A stretch of DNA of 64,000 nucleotides from Octopus vulgaris (Eukaryota), in contig OX597824.1 in assembly GCA_951406725.2 (NCBI GenBank), positions 54,684,001-54,748,000 of the forward strand, read 5' to 3'. Positions 42,775-55,329 of this stretch are shown piece after piece (the stretch's first letter is position 1; every line of letters begins with the position of its first letter). The notes under the pieces were generated by a model. The model made no database searches and was not told the DNA's origin. It saw nothing but the letters and a program-made list of their open reading frames with translations. The position numbers and the translations under genes are program-made.

Positions 42775-43049
42775 TGTGGTTGATGAAAGGAGCACAACGG
42801 AAACAAGGAAATAGGAAACAGAGGTGCAATAAGGTCTTACCTGACGGGGGATGAAGTCGGATGGCCTTCAGCCAACTTGCTCGCGTGTTGTCGTCTCGGT
42901 GCCTTGCTGGGGTCTGCCGTAGCCGGTCGATGCCGCACGTGCGTTGAGTCTCTCACTTCCGCTTCCGCCGGCGCATGCGCCCTGCAAGACCTGTAAGCAT
43001 CACTTCCGCTCCCGCCCGTCCCGTCACACTCCTTCATCACCACACCACA
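42775..43049 (-). repeat. 5' LTR
   Basis: Direct repeat of 38788-39062. Confidence 0.97.
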
Positions 43050-43063
43050 TTATAATATAGAGA

Positions 43064-44466
43064 CTAGCTTAAGATGACCCGCTCTACGCGCGGGTAAGAG
43101 TGTGGTTCTTACTTTCTGCTGTTTCCTTTCTGTTTTTTATCACCACATTCTCCGTCTTTGTTTCTCTCTCCTTTCTCTCTCACTTTCTCACTCTCTTACT
43201 CTTCCTTTCTCTCGGACTCTCCCTCGCTTTCTCTTACTCTCTGTCTTTCTCTATCTATCTCTCTCACATTTATAAACAACAAAAGATCTTGAGTAAGTTG
43301 AGAAAGTAAAATATTTTGAAAGATCATATCATAAATATCAGGCAGTGACAACGGAAAGGTCTGCTTCAAGGCAGACAGCAAAACACTAACATTTAAAAGT
43401 GACAGACGAACTTGCGAGCTGAATAAAAAAAAAATATTGGAAACCAAAGTTTGAAGGGATAGAATCTGAGGGTAGTAGAGTCATCATAGCTGGCATTTCT
43501 TAATGACGGACAGCAACATAGTGGCAGTTTAACGGCTGGCGTAAAATTTTGAACTTGATGTAAAAGAAAATTCCTAAACACCAAGTTTTTAAGTGATTCT
43601 TTCTCATGACAGTAGACTCACCAATGCAAGCATTCAAAACTTCTTCATTATGGACAACAACACATTGAAGATTTAAAGGCTGGCGCAAATTTTTTAGCTT
43701 GATTTAACAGAGAATTCCTAAACACCCGCTCCTGTAAATTTTAATTGCCCATTTACACCCCTTTTCACATTTTGGTTATTATAATTTCATTCGGGTCTAC
43801 TCGGGCCATGTTTTATAAGATGAGGAATTTTGTCCTAGAGGTCACGCCTTTCATTTGAGGAAAAAAATAGTTGCCATGCAAACTCGCCAGCACTTTTAAC
43901 ATAGGTGTGCATATTTTTTGCTCAACCGACCACATAATGCACACATTATATATATTAAAATTATTAATTTATATTTATAATTTTTTTTAAATATATATTA
44001 TAACTATCAAAAAGTATTAAAAAGTTTAATATCCATAAATACAGATATATACACTTTGTATATATACATTATATATACATATTTATATATAGAACACACA
44101 CACATATATAAATTAACCCAATAAATATCTGATTCATAATATTTGTTCTCATGATGGTGATGGCAATGATAATTCTCTCTATGAATGCAGACAGACGTAG
44201 AGAGAGAGAGTGTGTGAAAGCGCTGTCGAAGGCGGGGAGGGGGGAGATATAGGACGCTGTGAAACAACATTATAGATAGAAAGTGAAAGGAAGGGAGGAA
44301 AGGGGGTGAGTGATGGAGGAAGACAGACACATAAAAGAATGAGAGTAGACTTGTGAAAGTGCATTTTTGGCCCTAGCAACGACACCTTTTAAGATGGCCT
44401 TTAAGCCGTTCTCAATGCCAAAACCAGACAAACAAATTTTTCGCATTTCAGAATTATAATATAGAG

Positions 44467-44467
<1 letters not shown>
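43064..44467 (-). mobile_element. Non-autonomous Helitron copy A (both termini present)
   Basis: 5' TC at 44467 preceded by A. 3' hairpin ACCCGC-GCGTAGA-GCGGGT followed about 10 nt later by CTAG (43064-43067) and then T. Confidence 0.85.
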
Positions 44468-44514
<47 letters not shown>

Positions 44515-44550
44515 TATACATACACACACACACACACACACATATATATA

Positions 44551-47059
44551 CAGGTATACCTCACCCTGCATTCCTTAATTGGTTCCAGGAGACATGACTT
44601 AAGTCAAATTAAATTGTCTCTAGGCTAAACTGATAACTACCATTCCCAGTTCTGTACTTTATTTATGAATGCATGTTTAATAATACATTGTTAATAAAAT
44701 CCTATTTTAAGCTTACTAAGAAATATATTTTTTTTTCAATGCAGTACAGTAAAAAAGAATAATCTAAATTTGTGAATACAATTTCGCGGTGTTTAACCTT
44801 ACATCGCAGACACTTTATTTATGAATGCAGTTTGCAATAAGATATGGTAAAATAAAAGCTTTTTTTTTTAAGCTTAAAAAACAAATTCAGTAATTATTAT
44901 TCTTTTGCAATAGTAAAAAAAAAACTAAATTATTTTAAATTTACCAATACATACATACAATATGGTAGTTTACATTGCGGATGTAGATGGTTGTGGATCA
45001 TCAACATCAACAGCTGACTGGCTTTTTTTTGTTCGATGCACTTAAAAAGCTGGTTGAAGTTTCTTTGAACTGTCTTCTTTTAATAAAGGATTACATTATG
45101 AGGAGCAAAATCTTCATGACAAGCCCCCATAAGGAAAAGTGTTGAGCATTTGGATCCATATCCTTGAACATAGAAAGACCTTTTTTTGATATATACAAAT
45201 GCTTGATAAATTTTCTTAACGGTAAAGTGATGTGGCTCAGGTTCAACTTCCTCTTCTTCTTTATTTTGCTACTCATGAAGCTCTATCAATTACTCGTTTG
45301 TCAGGGGCTGTTTGTTTTTTTTTCAAATAAATCTGTGAAATCCTCCTCCTCGTAGTCACCAACATTTTGTTGATGGCAACATTATCAAACCTCTTAAAAT
45401 CATTCACAAATTGCAGGCATAGCTTCTTCCATACACCATTCATAGCCGTACATCATTCCATGCCACTGTTATGTTCTGTACAGCTTTGTAGATATCGTAT
45501 CTGTTCTAAAAGTCACAAAGTGTGATGGACTCATCAAGATCAGTTGCAGCTATTGCTTGCCACAACGTACGCTTCATATATTAATGCTTGAAGATAGTAA
45601 TTATTCCCTGATCCATTGGCTGCAGAAGAGACATGGTGTTCAGAGGGAGGTATACAACAGTAACATTTGGATCAAAATCTACAATGTTTTGCGGGCGGCT
45701 AGGAGCATTACCTAAGATAAGTAAAACCTTAAAAGGAACCCCCTTCTCTTTACAGTACTTCTCTGCTGCTGGGATAAAATGATTGAAGAATCAATCTTCA
45801 AAAGCAACAACAGTAACCCATGCTTTTGAATTAGCCATCCATATAACAGGAAGAGATGCCCTGGGCATGTTCTTCAGGGCACAGGGGTTGTGTGCATGAT
45901 ACGCAAGCAATGGTTTTAACTTAAAATTTCCTGCACAATACCTCCCAACATAATGGTCACACGTTCTTTTGAGACCTTGTAGCCTGGAATAGTTTTCTCC
46001 TCTTTGGAAATGAATGAACAGTCTGGTAATTTTTTCCAATACAATCCAGTTTCGTCTACGTTAAAAATCTGTTCAGGAAGAAACCCATTTTCTCTGATGA
46101 TTTTCTTTAATGTATTAGGAAATTCTGCTGCTGCTTGTTCGTCAGCTGAAGCACTTTCACCTTGCTTCTTAATGGAGTGATAACTTCTTCATTCCTTAAA
46201 TCTCATGAACCATCTTTGACTTGCCTTGAATTCTATATCTTTCTCATCTGGATATTTTTTCTTCAGGTCCTCAAACAAAGACAGCGCTTTCTCTTGAATG
46301 ATTTCTTGACTAATAGTAGCATACTGACAATTCAACCTAACAATCCAAAGAGAAAAGAAGACTTTCCATTTCTTCAAAGATTTTGCCTCTTTTCTTATTG
46401 ATGACAGTGTTCTTCATCCTTGGAGTTTCATATTTGTCATTATGCACAATCGTTGATACAGTTGTCTAACTCATCCCAAAAGATTGTGCAATTGCTACCA
46501 CTTTTTCACCTTTTTCATAGCATTTTATCATGGCCAGTTTATCTTCCAGTGCTATAGCATGACTCTTAGCACTTTCACTATGAATTTTCTTAGGAGCCAT
46601 GGGGGCAAAAAATAAAATCACAAATAAATGAGAATAGACATAAACAAATCTGAATTCAAAACAATCGTGGGAATCATGAGTGACAACGATGCCTAACAAT
46701 AGATATTGGAATTACAGTGCAATATGAGCTCCAAAAGACCGATAAATAAGATGATACTGCTGATTTCATGATTTCGTTCACTAAGCTACACTACTTTATG
46801 GTGTGTATCTTAACATTTACTGTACATATTTTAATATGATTTTATATGCTTTTATTCTTATTTATTGTACAGTAACATGATTTTATGTGCTTTTAACAGT
46901 TTTCTAGTGATTTTACGATTCCAATATTTATGGTGGACAGATGTAAAATCGAGTAAAATGACTTGACTTAATTTTTATTTTCCTATATATTATTTTTGAA
47001 AACCAACATATAATCAAGAACAACTTAAATCGAAATGACTTAAGCAAATGTATGCCTAA
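44551..47059 (-). mobile_element. Tigger/pogo DNA transposon, decayed
   Basis: Terminus CAGGTATACCTC after TA. Transposase from ATG 46600: MAPKK...LEDKLAMIK (HTH), FKASQRWFMRFK, IFNVDETGLYWK, LLQPMDQGII. Many stops. Confidence 0.88.
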
Positions 47060-47072
47060 ATATGTATATATG

Positions 47073-47233
47073 ATGGGCTTCTTTCAGTTTCTATCTACCA
47101 AATCCACTCACAAGGCTTTGGTCGGTCCAAGGCTAGAGTAGATGACACTTACCCAAGATGCCACGCAGTGGGACTGAACCTGGAACCATGTGATTGGGAA
47201 GCAAGTTCCTTACCACACAGCTACTCCTGTGCC
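47073..47233 (-). mobile_element. tRNA-derived CORE-type SINE 5' part
   Basis: Minus strand GGCACAGGAGTAGCTGTGTGGTAAG...GGTTCAGTCCCACTGCGTGGCATCTTGGGTAAGT shows A/B boxes and a CORE-like domain. Confidence 0.8.
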
Positions 47234-47250
47234 ATATAATATATATATAT

Positions 47251-49600
47251 AGGGATACCTCGACTTAAGTCATTTCAACTTAAGTCATTCTCAAAGATAC
47301 GTCGGTTTTCAAAAATAATGTATGGAAAAATAAAAATCAAGTTAAGTCATTTTACTCAACTTTATGTCTATTCACCAATAATACTGGAATCGTAAAAACA
47401 CTAAAAAGCATTAAAAGCACATAAAATCATGCTACAATAAATAAGAATGAAAGTATATAAAATCATATTAAAATACAGTAAATGCTAAAATACACACCAT
47501 AAAGTAGTGTAGCCTAGTTCACTAAGCATGAAATCAGTTGTGTTGTTTTATTTATCTGTCTTTCAGAGCTCATACTGCATTGAAGAAGCAGTTGGACAGC
47601 TGTCGGATGAGGATGCTTAGAATGGTGCTCAATGTCTCCTGGAAGAGTCATACAACAAATGCCAACTTATACCAGGGACTACCAAAAGTAACTTTGAAGA
47701 TGCAGCATAGAAGGATGACGCTAGCTGGACACTGCATCTTACATACCGATGAAATTGCTAACAAGCTGGTGCTCTGACAACCAACAGAAAGAGGAACGAG
47801 GAGAGGTAGGAGGAAGACAACCTATATCAACAACTTGCTGAAGGATATTCGTATGGAAGGGGTACAGGAGCTGAGGACCATTATGGAAGATCAAGATGAA
47901 TGGGGATAACGTGTGGAAACAGTTTGGGGGCGACCTGAGGAACAACCTAGATAGATAGATAGTGCCAATATCTACTGTTTGTGTTACACATTCATATCTA
48001 TGTGTATACGTGGGTATACATGTGTAGAATACATCCACACTTTTGGCACTATTTTGCTAGTAAACAGTACGAACTGTGTCTAAAGTATATATGTATTACC
48101 ACGCTGAATGTTGACAGTTCATGTAACAAGAAAAAGTAAATAAACACGTAAAACAATAACAATGCCTTCATTGAGTTGTCTATCAGCCCATCGAGAACGA
48201 ACAATGCATAACAGTTAGGCATTGTCTTGATTCCTGTGATTGTTTTGAATTCAGATTTGTTTGCATCTGTTTATCATTTAGATTCTCTCATTTACATTCA
48301 TTTGTAACTTTAATTTTTGTCCCCATGCCTCCTAAGAAAAATCCTGGAGAAAGTGCTAAGCATCATGCTATAACACTGGAGGATAAGTTGGCAATGATAA
48401 AACATCATGATAAGGATGAAAAAGTTGTAGCAATTGCACAATCTTTTGGGGTGAGTTAGACAACTGTATTGATGATTGTGCATAATAAGGACAAGATTTT
48501 AACACATGTCACATCTGAAGCCCCAGGGATGAAGAACATTGTCATCAACAAGAAATGAGGCAAAATCTTTGAAGAAACAGAAAGTCTTCTATCTATTTGG
48601 ATTGATTGTCAGAATGCTACTCTTAATCAAGAAATCATTCAGGAGAAAGCATTGTCCTTGTTTGAGGACCTGAAGAAAAAATATCCAGATGAGGAAGATG
48701 TAGAGTTCAAGGCAAGTCAGGTATGGTTTATGAGATTTAAAAACTGGAGAAGTTATCACTTCCTTAAGAAGTAAAGTGAAAGCACATCAGCAGCAGAATT
48801 TCCCATGACATTGAAGATCACTGAAGAAAACGAATAGCAAAATAAAGAAGAGCAAGTCGAACCTGAATCACGCTACTTCGCCATTAAGAAAATGCAGCAA
48901 CCATTTGCACACATCGAAAAAGGTCTTGCTATGTTCATCTGCTCAATGCTTTCCCAAGATTATGGGGGCTTGTCATGAAGCTTTTGCTCCTCATAATGTA
49001 ATCATTGACAAAAAGAAGACAGTTCAAGGCACTCTTGACCAGATTTTTAAATGCATCATATGACAATAAGAACTGCCAGAATCAGCAGATGGTGTTGACA
49101 TCGACAATCTTCGGCCATTTACATTTACAATGTAAACACCACCAAATTTTATGTATTGGTAAATTTAAAATACTTAAATACTTCATTTTTTTTTTTACTT
49201 TATTACAAAATAATAATTATTTGTTTGCAAGCTTAGAATAGGTTTTTTATTAACTGTGTGTTATTGAAAATGCATTCATAAATAAAGTACAGCACTGGAG
49301 AATGGCTATTAGTGAGGTAAACACCACCAAACTGTATGTATTGGTAAATTTAATATACTTCAAGTTTTTTGAGGGTTTTTTTTTTTTACTGTATAATAAA
49401 ATAATAAATACATTTGTTTGTAAATTAAAATAGGTTTTTATTAATCATTTCTTATCGAAAATGCATTCATAAATAAAGTACAGAACTGGGAACTGCTATT
49501 AGCAGTTTAGGGTAGGCTTGGCCAGGCCTAGCCTATAGACAAGCAATTCGACTTAAGTCATATCTCCTGGGACCAATTAATGATTTAGGGTGAAGTATAC
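47251..49600 (+). mobile_element. Second Tigger copy (DDE region deleted), head-to-head with 44551-47059
   Basis: Reverse-complement homology at both ends and over the HTH region (MPPKKNPGESAKHHAITLEDKLAMIK from 48324). Jumps to the C-terminus at ~48830. Confidence 0.85.
47565..47961 (+). mobile_element. RTE-type LINE 3' fragment nested in Tigger
   Basis: LDSC..RMLRMVLNVSW..H..N..LY...RRMTLAGHC..H, R.RGR; (TAGA)n tail. Confidence 0.75.
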
Positions 49601-49637
49601 ACATATGTATATATATATTTATATATACATATGTATA

Positions 49638-49670
<33 letters not shown>

Positions 49671-49672
<2 letters not shown>

Positions 49673-50321
49673 CCGAGACCTTTGGAAATATGCTGTACGT
49701 GAGAAGACCCGGCAGGACAAGTGAGTCCATAACCCGTGGTCTTAGCCAGCCCACTTATGCTTACCTTTCCTTCTTTGGACACAAAACTCTGCTTGCGAAG
49801 ACCTTTTGAGGCAAGTGAAATCGAAATTGAATTTGAAATTGAACCAAATTCTATGACTGGCACCCAGCCGTTGCCAGTGCCGCTGGACTGACTCCTGTGC
49901 AGGTGGCAAGTAAAGAAACACTGTTTCAACCCTGTGCTTGAGGAGACCTATTGAGTCAAGTACATCAACATCAAAAATCAATGGAAATTGTAGTTGTGAC
50001 ACGTGAAAAGCACCATCTGAACGTGGCCGATGCCAGTGCCGCTTTGACTGGCTTCTGTGCTGGTGGCACGTAAAAAGCACCAACCGATTGTGGCCGTTGC
50101 CAGATTCACCTGGCACCTGTGCCGGTGGCACGTAAAAAGCACCCACTACACTCACGGAGTGGTTGGCGTTAGGAAGGGCATCCAGCCGTAGAAACATTGC
50201 CAGATCAGACTGGAGCCTGGTGCAGCCTTCTGGCTTCCCAGACCCCGGTCAAACTGTCCAACCCATGCTAGCATGGAAAACGGACGTTAAACGATGATGA
50301 TTATGATGATGAGGATGATGA
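49671..50321 (+). mobile_element. RTE-LINE 3' UTR fragment with (GAT)n tail
   Basis: Ends GGAAAACGGACGTTAAACGATGATG; homologous to 23713-24487 and 50370-50900. Confidence 0.8.
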
Positions 50322-50322
50322 T

Positions 50323-50353
<31 letters not shown>

Positions 50354-50369
50354 CATACATATATATATA

Positions 50370-51732
50370 CATCATCATCATCATCATCATTATTTAACAT
50401 CCGTTGATCATGGGTTGGATGGTTTGACCAGGGCTGGCAGGCTGGAAGGTTGCACCAGACTCTTCCTAACACAAACCACTCCGAGAGTGTAATAGGTGAT
50501 TTTTATGTGCCACCAGTACAGATGCATTTGTGTGACACTGGGGTGCATTGACATGCCACTGGCATGGATGCCAATTTGCATGACACCAGTATCTGCCATG
50601 ATTTTCCTCAGCTTGATGAGTCTTCTCATCAAGCACGACATAATGCCAAAAGTCTTGGTCATTGCCTCCATGAGGCCCAACACTCAGAAGGAGCTCAGCC
50701 ACTTTGATTCCGTCAGGTCCAATGCTCAAAAACAACTCATCCACTTTGCTTCCATGAGGCCCAACGTTCAAAAGATGTTCATTATGTACTACCAGCATGG
50801 GTGCACCTGGCTTGATGAGTCCTCTCAAGTACAGCACATTGCCAAAGGTCTTGGGCGCCAGTCATTGCCTTTGTGAGGCTCAAAGTCCGAAGATCATGCT
50901 TCACCACCTCGTCTCATGTCTTGAGTCTACCTCAACCACAGGTTCCCTCCACAGTTAGAGATTGGCACTTCTTTACACAGCTGTCCTCATTCATCCACAT
51001 CACATGACCATACCAGTGCAGTCGTCTCTCTTGCACACCACATCATATTTCTCTTATGCCTAACTTTTCTCTCAAGATGCTTCCACTCTGCCGAACATGC
51101 ACACTGACATTGCACATTCAGCGAAGCATACTGGCTTCATTTCTCTTAAGCAGACGCATGTCCTCGGCTGTCATAGCCCATGTTTCACTGCCATGCAGCA
51201 CAGCTGTTCGCACACATGCATCAAACAATCTGCCTTTCACTCTGAGAGAGAGGCCCTTTGTTGCCAGCAGGGTTAGGAGCTCTCTGAACTTTGCCCAGCC
51301 TAATCTTATTCTCACAGCTATGCTCTCAGAGCATCCACCGCCAACTTGGTCACCTAGATAACGGAAGCTATGTACTACTCCTAGCTTGTCCCCCTGGCAG
51401 TTAATGGAGTCTATGTCCTGCACATTTTCAGTGTTTATTGTACCAGTGCACCTTCCACTTACAAAAGTTAGTTTCCCTGTCAACCTTCCTTTGATGTTAC
51501 TGCAACTTTTATGTGTCTAAAGTGTACACTGGGTTCATCTTATGGAGTTTCTACAGATTGAGCAAGGGCCATCTACCTGAAGGGATTTGTGATTTGTCTG
51601 CCTTCCTATTTACTATGACTTTGTTTTTTGTTATGTTAACTTTGAGTCCCTTTGATTCTAGACCTTGCTGTCATACCTGGAACTTCTTCTCGAGTTCAGG
51701 TAGTGATTCAGCTATAGGAGCAAGGTCATCAC
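50370..51732 (-). mobile_element. RTE-clade LINE 3' half (from the RT DDL motif to the tail)
   Basis: DDL...FRYLGD...RIRLGWAKFREL..L...LSLRVKGRLFDACVR...LHGSETW...E..MLR, RRLHWYGHV, then 3' UTR and (TGA)n. Confidence 0.88.
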
Positions 51733-52243
51733 CATCCAAAAGATACCCAAGATCAACACTAGAAGGGAGTTACTGGAAGCTAGCTGGTTGCTATAGCAAC
51801 AACCTTCAGTGCATGTCCACTCCACATATGCTCACACATACACACATCAGCAATATTCATCAATTTCTTGAAAATGGAGTCATAACCCCAAAATATTGAA
51901 TACAAGGTAAGTCTACATTAATTCACATATTTGTTTTCTTCTGATTTACCTTGCATTTACTTTACACTATTTTGGCCTTACCACGATCTTTTATACAATG
52001 TTTTCTACACAATGCTTCATAGTAATTATTCAATATATATATATATATATATACATACATACATACATATATACATACATACATACATATATACATGCAT
52101 ACATACATACATATATACATGCATGCATGCATGCATGCATGCATGCTTACATACATGCATGCATGCTTACATACATACATGCATGCATGCTTACATGCAT
52201 GCATGCATACATACATACATACATACATGCATACATACATACA

Positions 52244-53268
52244 TGATGGTGGCCCCCTCGTTATCGAGTATGGCCATTGCACGAAGCCTAACTGTTATTG
52301 GTGCTGTGATCGAATGTGACTTTTTAGCCCAGCTAAAGATCTACAATGTCTTGTACAGAATTGGCAGCTAAAACCTTTACCAGTAAATAGCCGTAGTTGT
52401 AACTGGGCTTCATGTACCTTTGCATGTCATTTAAGTCCTCCTGCCGAATTACACTCTCTTCCGCATGCCTGACAGATATGATTAGTATGGTGTGTTACAC
52501 CACCACCAGTGGCGAGGTTGTCACTCATCTGTCTCGCTTTATGACTATGAAGATGACTCTTGAGTCCAGCTTTAATGAGGCAGGGTCTTGCACAGACACT
52601 GCATGTCAGCATCATAGGAACACCTTTCCCATCTGGAAGTGTAACAGCGATGCCCTTCCTGACATCCCTCCTAACTTTCTAATGCGCAACTCGAGATTTC
52701 TCAAAAGTGGCTGTCCCCTCATGCACAATCCTTCTCCACTTGCTACGATCAATAGCTATGCCTTCCCATGTGTCAGGAGAGATGCAAGCATCTCTTAAGG
52801 AAGCCTTCAGCAAGTCCTTATACCTCTTTTTTGGTTTATGTGGAGGTCATTCTCCTTTAGCTAACTCTCCACAAAAGAGTTGTTTTGGCATCCTTGAATC
52901 CTTCATCCTGACTAGATGACCACTCCATCTGAGCTTTTGCTTTAACACAAGAGCTTCTATACTTTCACACCGAGAGCCTTCCAATATTTCAAGATCACTG
53001 ATGCGGTCCTTCCACTTAATGCCATAGATCCGTCTGAGATACATCTGATGGAAATGTTCCAGTTGTTTAAGGTGGTATCAATATGTGACCTACATCTTGC
53101 AGGCATAGAGAAGAGAAGGGAGCACACATGCCTTGTACACCTTTATCTTTGTCTTTCTGCATATGTCTCGCCGACTCCAGAGGCGCTTTTCTAGCCTTCC
53201 GAAAGCAACACTTGCTTTCTTAATTCTATATGGAATTTCACCGTCCAAATTGCTATATCTATTAATAG
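52244..53268 (-). mobile_element. RTE-BovB-like LINE 3' fragment with C2H2-like fingers
   Basis: RIKKASVAFGRL..RLW...KTKIKVYKACVLPSLLY, LRRI.GIKW.DRI, LRWSGHLVRM...RMPKQL..GEL, CSVC...AGLKSH. Confidence 0.85.
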
Positions 53269-53280
53269 TACATACATACA

Positions 53281-53312
<32 letters not shown>

Positions 53313-53313
<1 letters not shown>

Positions 53314-54548
53314 TTGGTTGTCTCACATGAAATGTCGCATTTGAAAAAGGAAACATTAAAATTGTTTTTTAAATTTTAGAATATTTATTTATTTAATTAA
53401 AATATGATCCTCGTCCATTTATGACCTTCATCCAATGTTTCTCTAAGGCATATAATCTATCTTCAAAGAATTTGTCGTCTTTTACACTGATAAACTGTTT
53501 GGATGCTTTAATTACCTTTTCTTTATTTAAGAATGTATTATTGCGTATAGCAAGCTCAAAGTGTTTAAATAAGTGATAATCAGTAGGAGAGATATAAAGA
53601 GAATAAGGAGGATGTGCCAAAATTTCATAATTCAGACTTTCCAACTTGTGGACCATAGCTTGAAAAGAGTGAAGCCATGCATTATCTTGAAGCAAAATTG
53701 GGCCATCTCTATTCACTAATGTGGGTTGCTTCTTTTCTAATTTTCATGCATACAATCAATTTCCTGACAATAGGATGTTGCTGTTATAGTTTTCCCTTGT
53801 TGCAAAAATGCATAATGAATAACCTCGTTTTTGACCACTATACAGTGATCATCAACTTTTTAGGGTGCAATAGTGGTTTTGGGTAGTGTTTTGGTAACTC
53901 TCCTGCATCTAACCACTGTCCTGTCCTCCTGCTGTTATCAAAGAGTATCCATTTATCATCACATGTAATGAGTCAATACGAAAATGGTTCTCTTTCCAAC
54001 CAAGAAATCAACATGGAACATGCTGTTAGGTGTCTGTTCCTTTGAATCTCATAAAGTTGATGGGGAACAAACCTATCCATCTTTTAGACTTTTCAAATTT
54101 TCTTCAAGTGTCAAGAAGCAGTTGCAGGAGATGTCTGGAGCTCTGATCTGAGTTTTTGGACTGTTGTTCTTGGATTTTTTTTAACCAAAGCTTTCAATTT
54201 CTCATACCGAATCCCTCTTGATTCATTTTTAAGGCTATCACTTCCTGAATGAAATCTTTGAAACCATCTCCGAACAATTCTAATGTCAACAGAATCATCA
54301 CTAAAAGCCCGCTTGATGTTTCGTAGAGCTTCAGTGGCAGAGTGACCCAACTTGTATTCATACAAGAAAATCACTCAGTATTGTTCAGTTGTCAACATTT
54401 TCATAAGAGCTGTATGTAGCAATTTTGAATAATAGTATTGTCTAGAAAGAAAAGAGTTAAGAGTAAACACAGGCATATACATAGAGACTCATTACAAATC
54501 CATTTATAGATGACTCATAAGAAATCCATTTCATGTGAAAGAACCTAA
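53313..54548 (-). mobile_element. Mariner (DD34D-type) transposon, full length but decayed
   Basis: Imperfect TIRs TTTGGTTGTCTCACATGAAATG and CATTTCATGTGAAAGAACCTAA flanked by TA. Motifs RRWFQRF.SG, FVPHQL, ITCDDKW, LQDNA, HPPYS..ISPTDY. Confidence 0.9.
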
Positions 54549-55329
54549 TATATATACACAAATATATACATATATATATATATATCTCTATATATAAAAC
54601 TGAAATGCGTTTTTACCGCTTGGTTCGCTTTCAATGCCACTACATCCCGTCCGATTCGCTCCAAAATTTACACGGACATGTAGAATGAGGTGACGATGCG
54701 CGTGGGCTACCTTAGAAATCCCTATCTTAAAAGCTGTGGTTTCTAGGGGCCATCTTCCTACCTCACCCTATTTCCTCCAGTACTCTGTCACTCCTCTTCA
54801 TTTATAACTTTCAGAATGCCACTACGGTTATTTAAAGTATCTGTCACTATCGCTATTTCCTTTCTTTTTCACTGACTCTGTTTCCTACCTTCCTATCACT
54901 TCGGCGGCGTTCTTTGAAGTATATGTCTGTCACCAACAATCAACACACGAGCATGAGAACAAATATTATGAATCAGATATTCTTGCGTTCATTTATGTGT
55001 GTGTGTGTGTTCATTTAATGTATGTGTGTGTGTGTGTTCTATATATAAATATGTATATATAATGTATATATATATATGTATATATAATGTATGTGTGTGT
55101 GTGTGTTCTATATATAAATATGTATATATAATGTATGTGTGTGTGTGTGTTCTATATATAAATATGTATATATAATGTATATATACAAAGTGTATATATC
55201 TGTATTTATGTATATTAAACTTTTTCATACTTTTTCATAGTTATATATATTTTTAAACAAATTATAAATATAATTTCATTATTTTTATTTTCAATTTAAA
55301 TAATTTAAAGTTTTCAATTTTATATTTTA

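Larger units (their letters stand above)
38788..43049 (-). mobile_element. Full-length young Ty3/Gypsy-type LTR retrotransposon (4262 bp)
   Basis: Two 275-bp LTRs TGTGG...CCACA with no difference seen by eye. 5-bp TSD TTATA at 38783-38787 and 43050-43054; the paralogous empty site CAGAATTATAATATAG is at ~44449. PPT AGGGGGGCG next to the 3' LTR. Domain order gag-PR-RT-RH-IN. Confidence 0.97.
37482..43063 (-). mobile_element. Non-autonomous Helitron copy B (3'-truncated; interrupted near its 5' end by the LTR element)
   Basis: 37482-38787 plus 43050-43063 align with 43064-44467 and 54585-57734. The 5' terminus TCTCTATATTATAA is at 43063. Confidence 0.8.
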
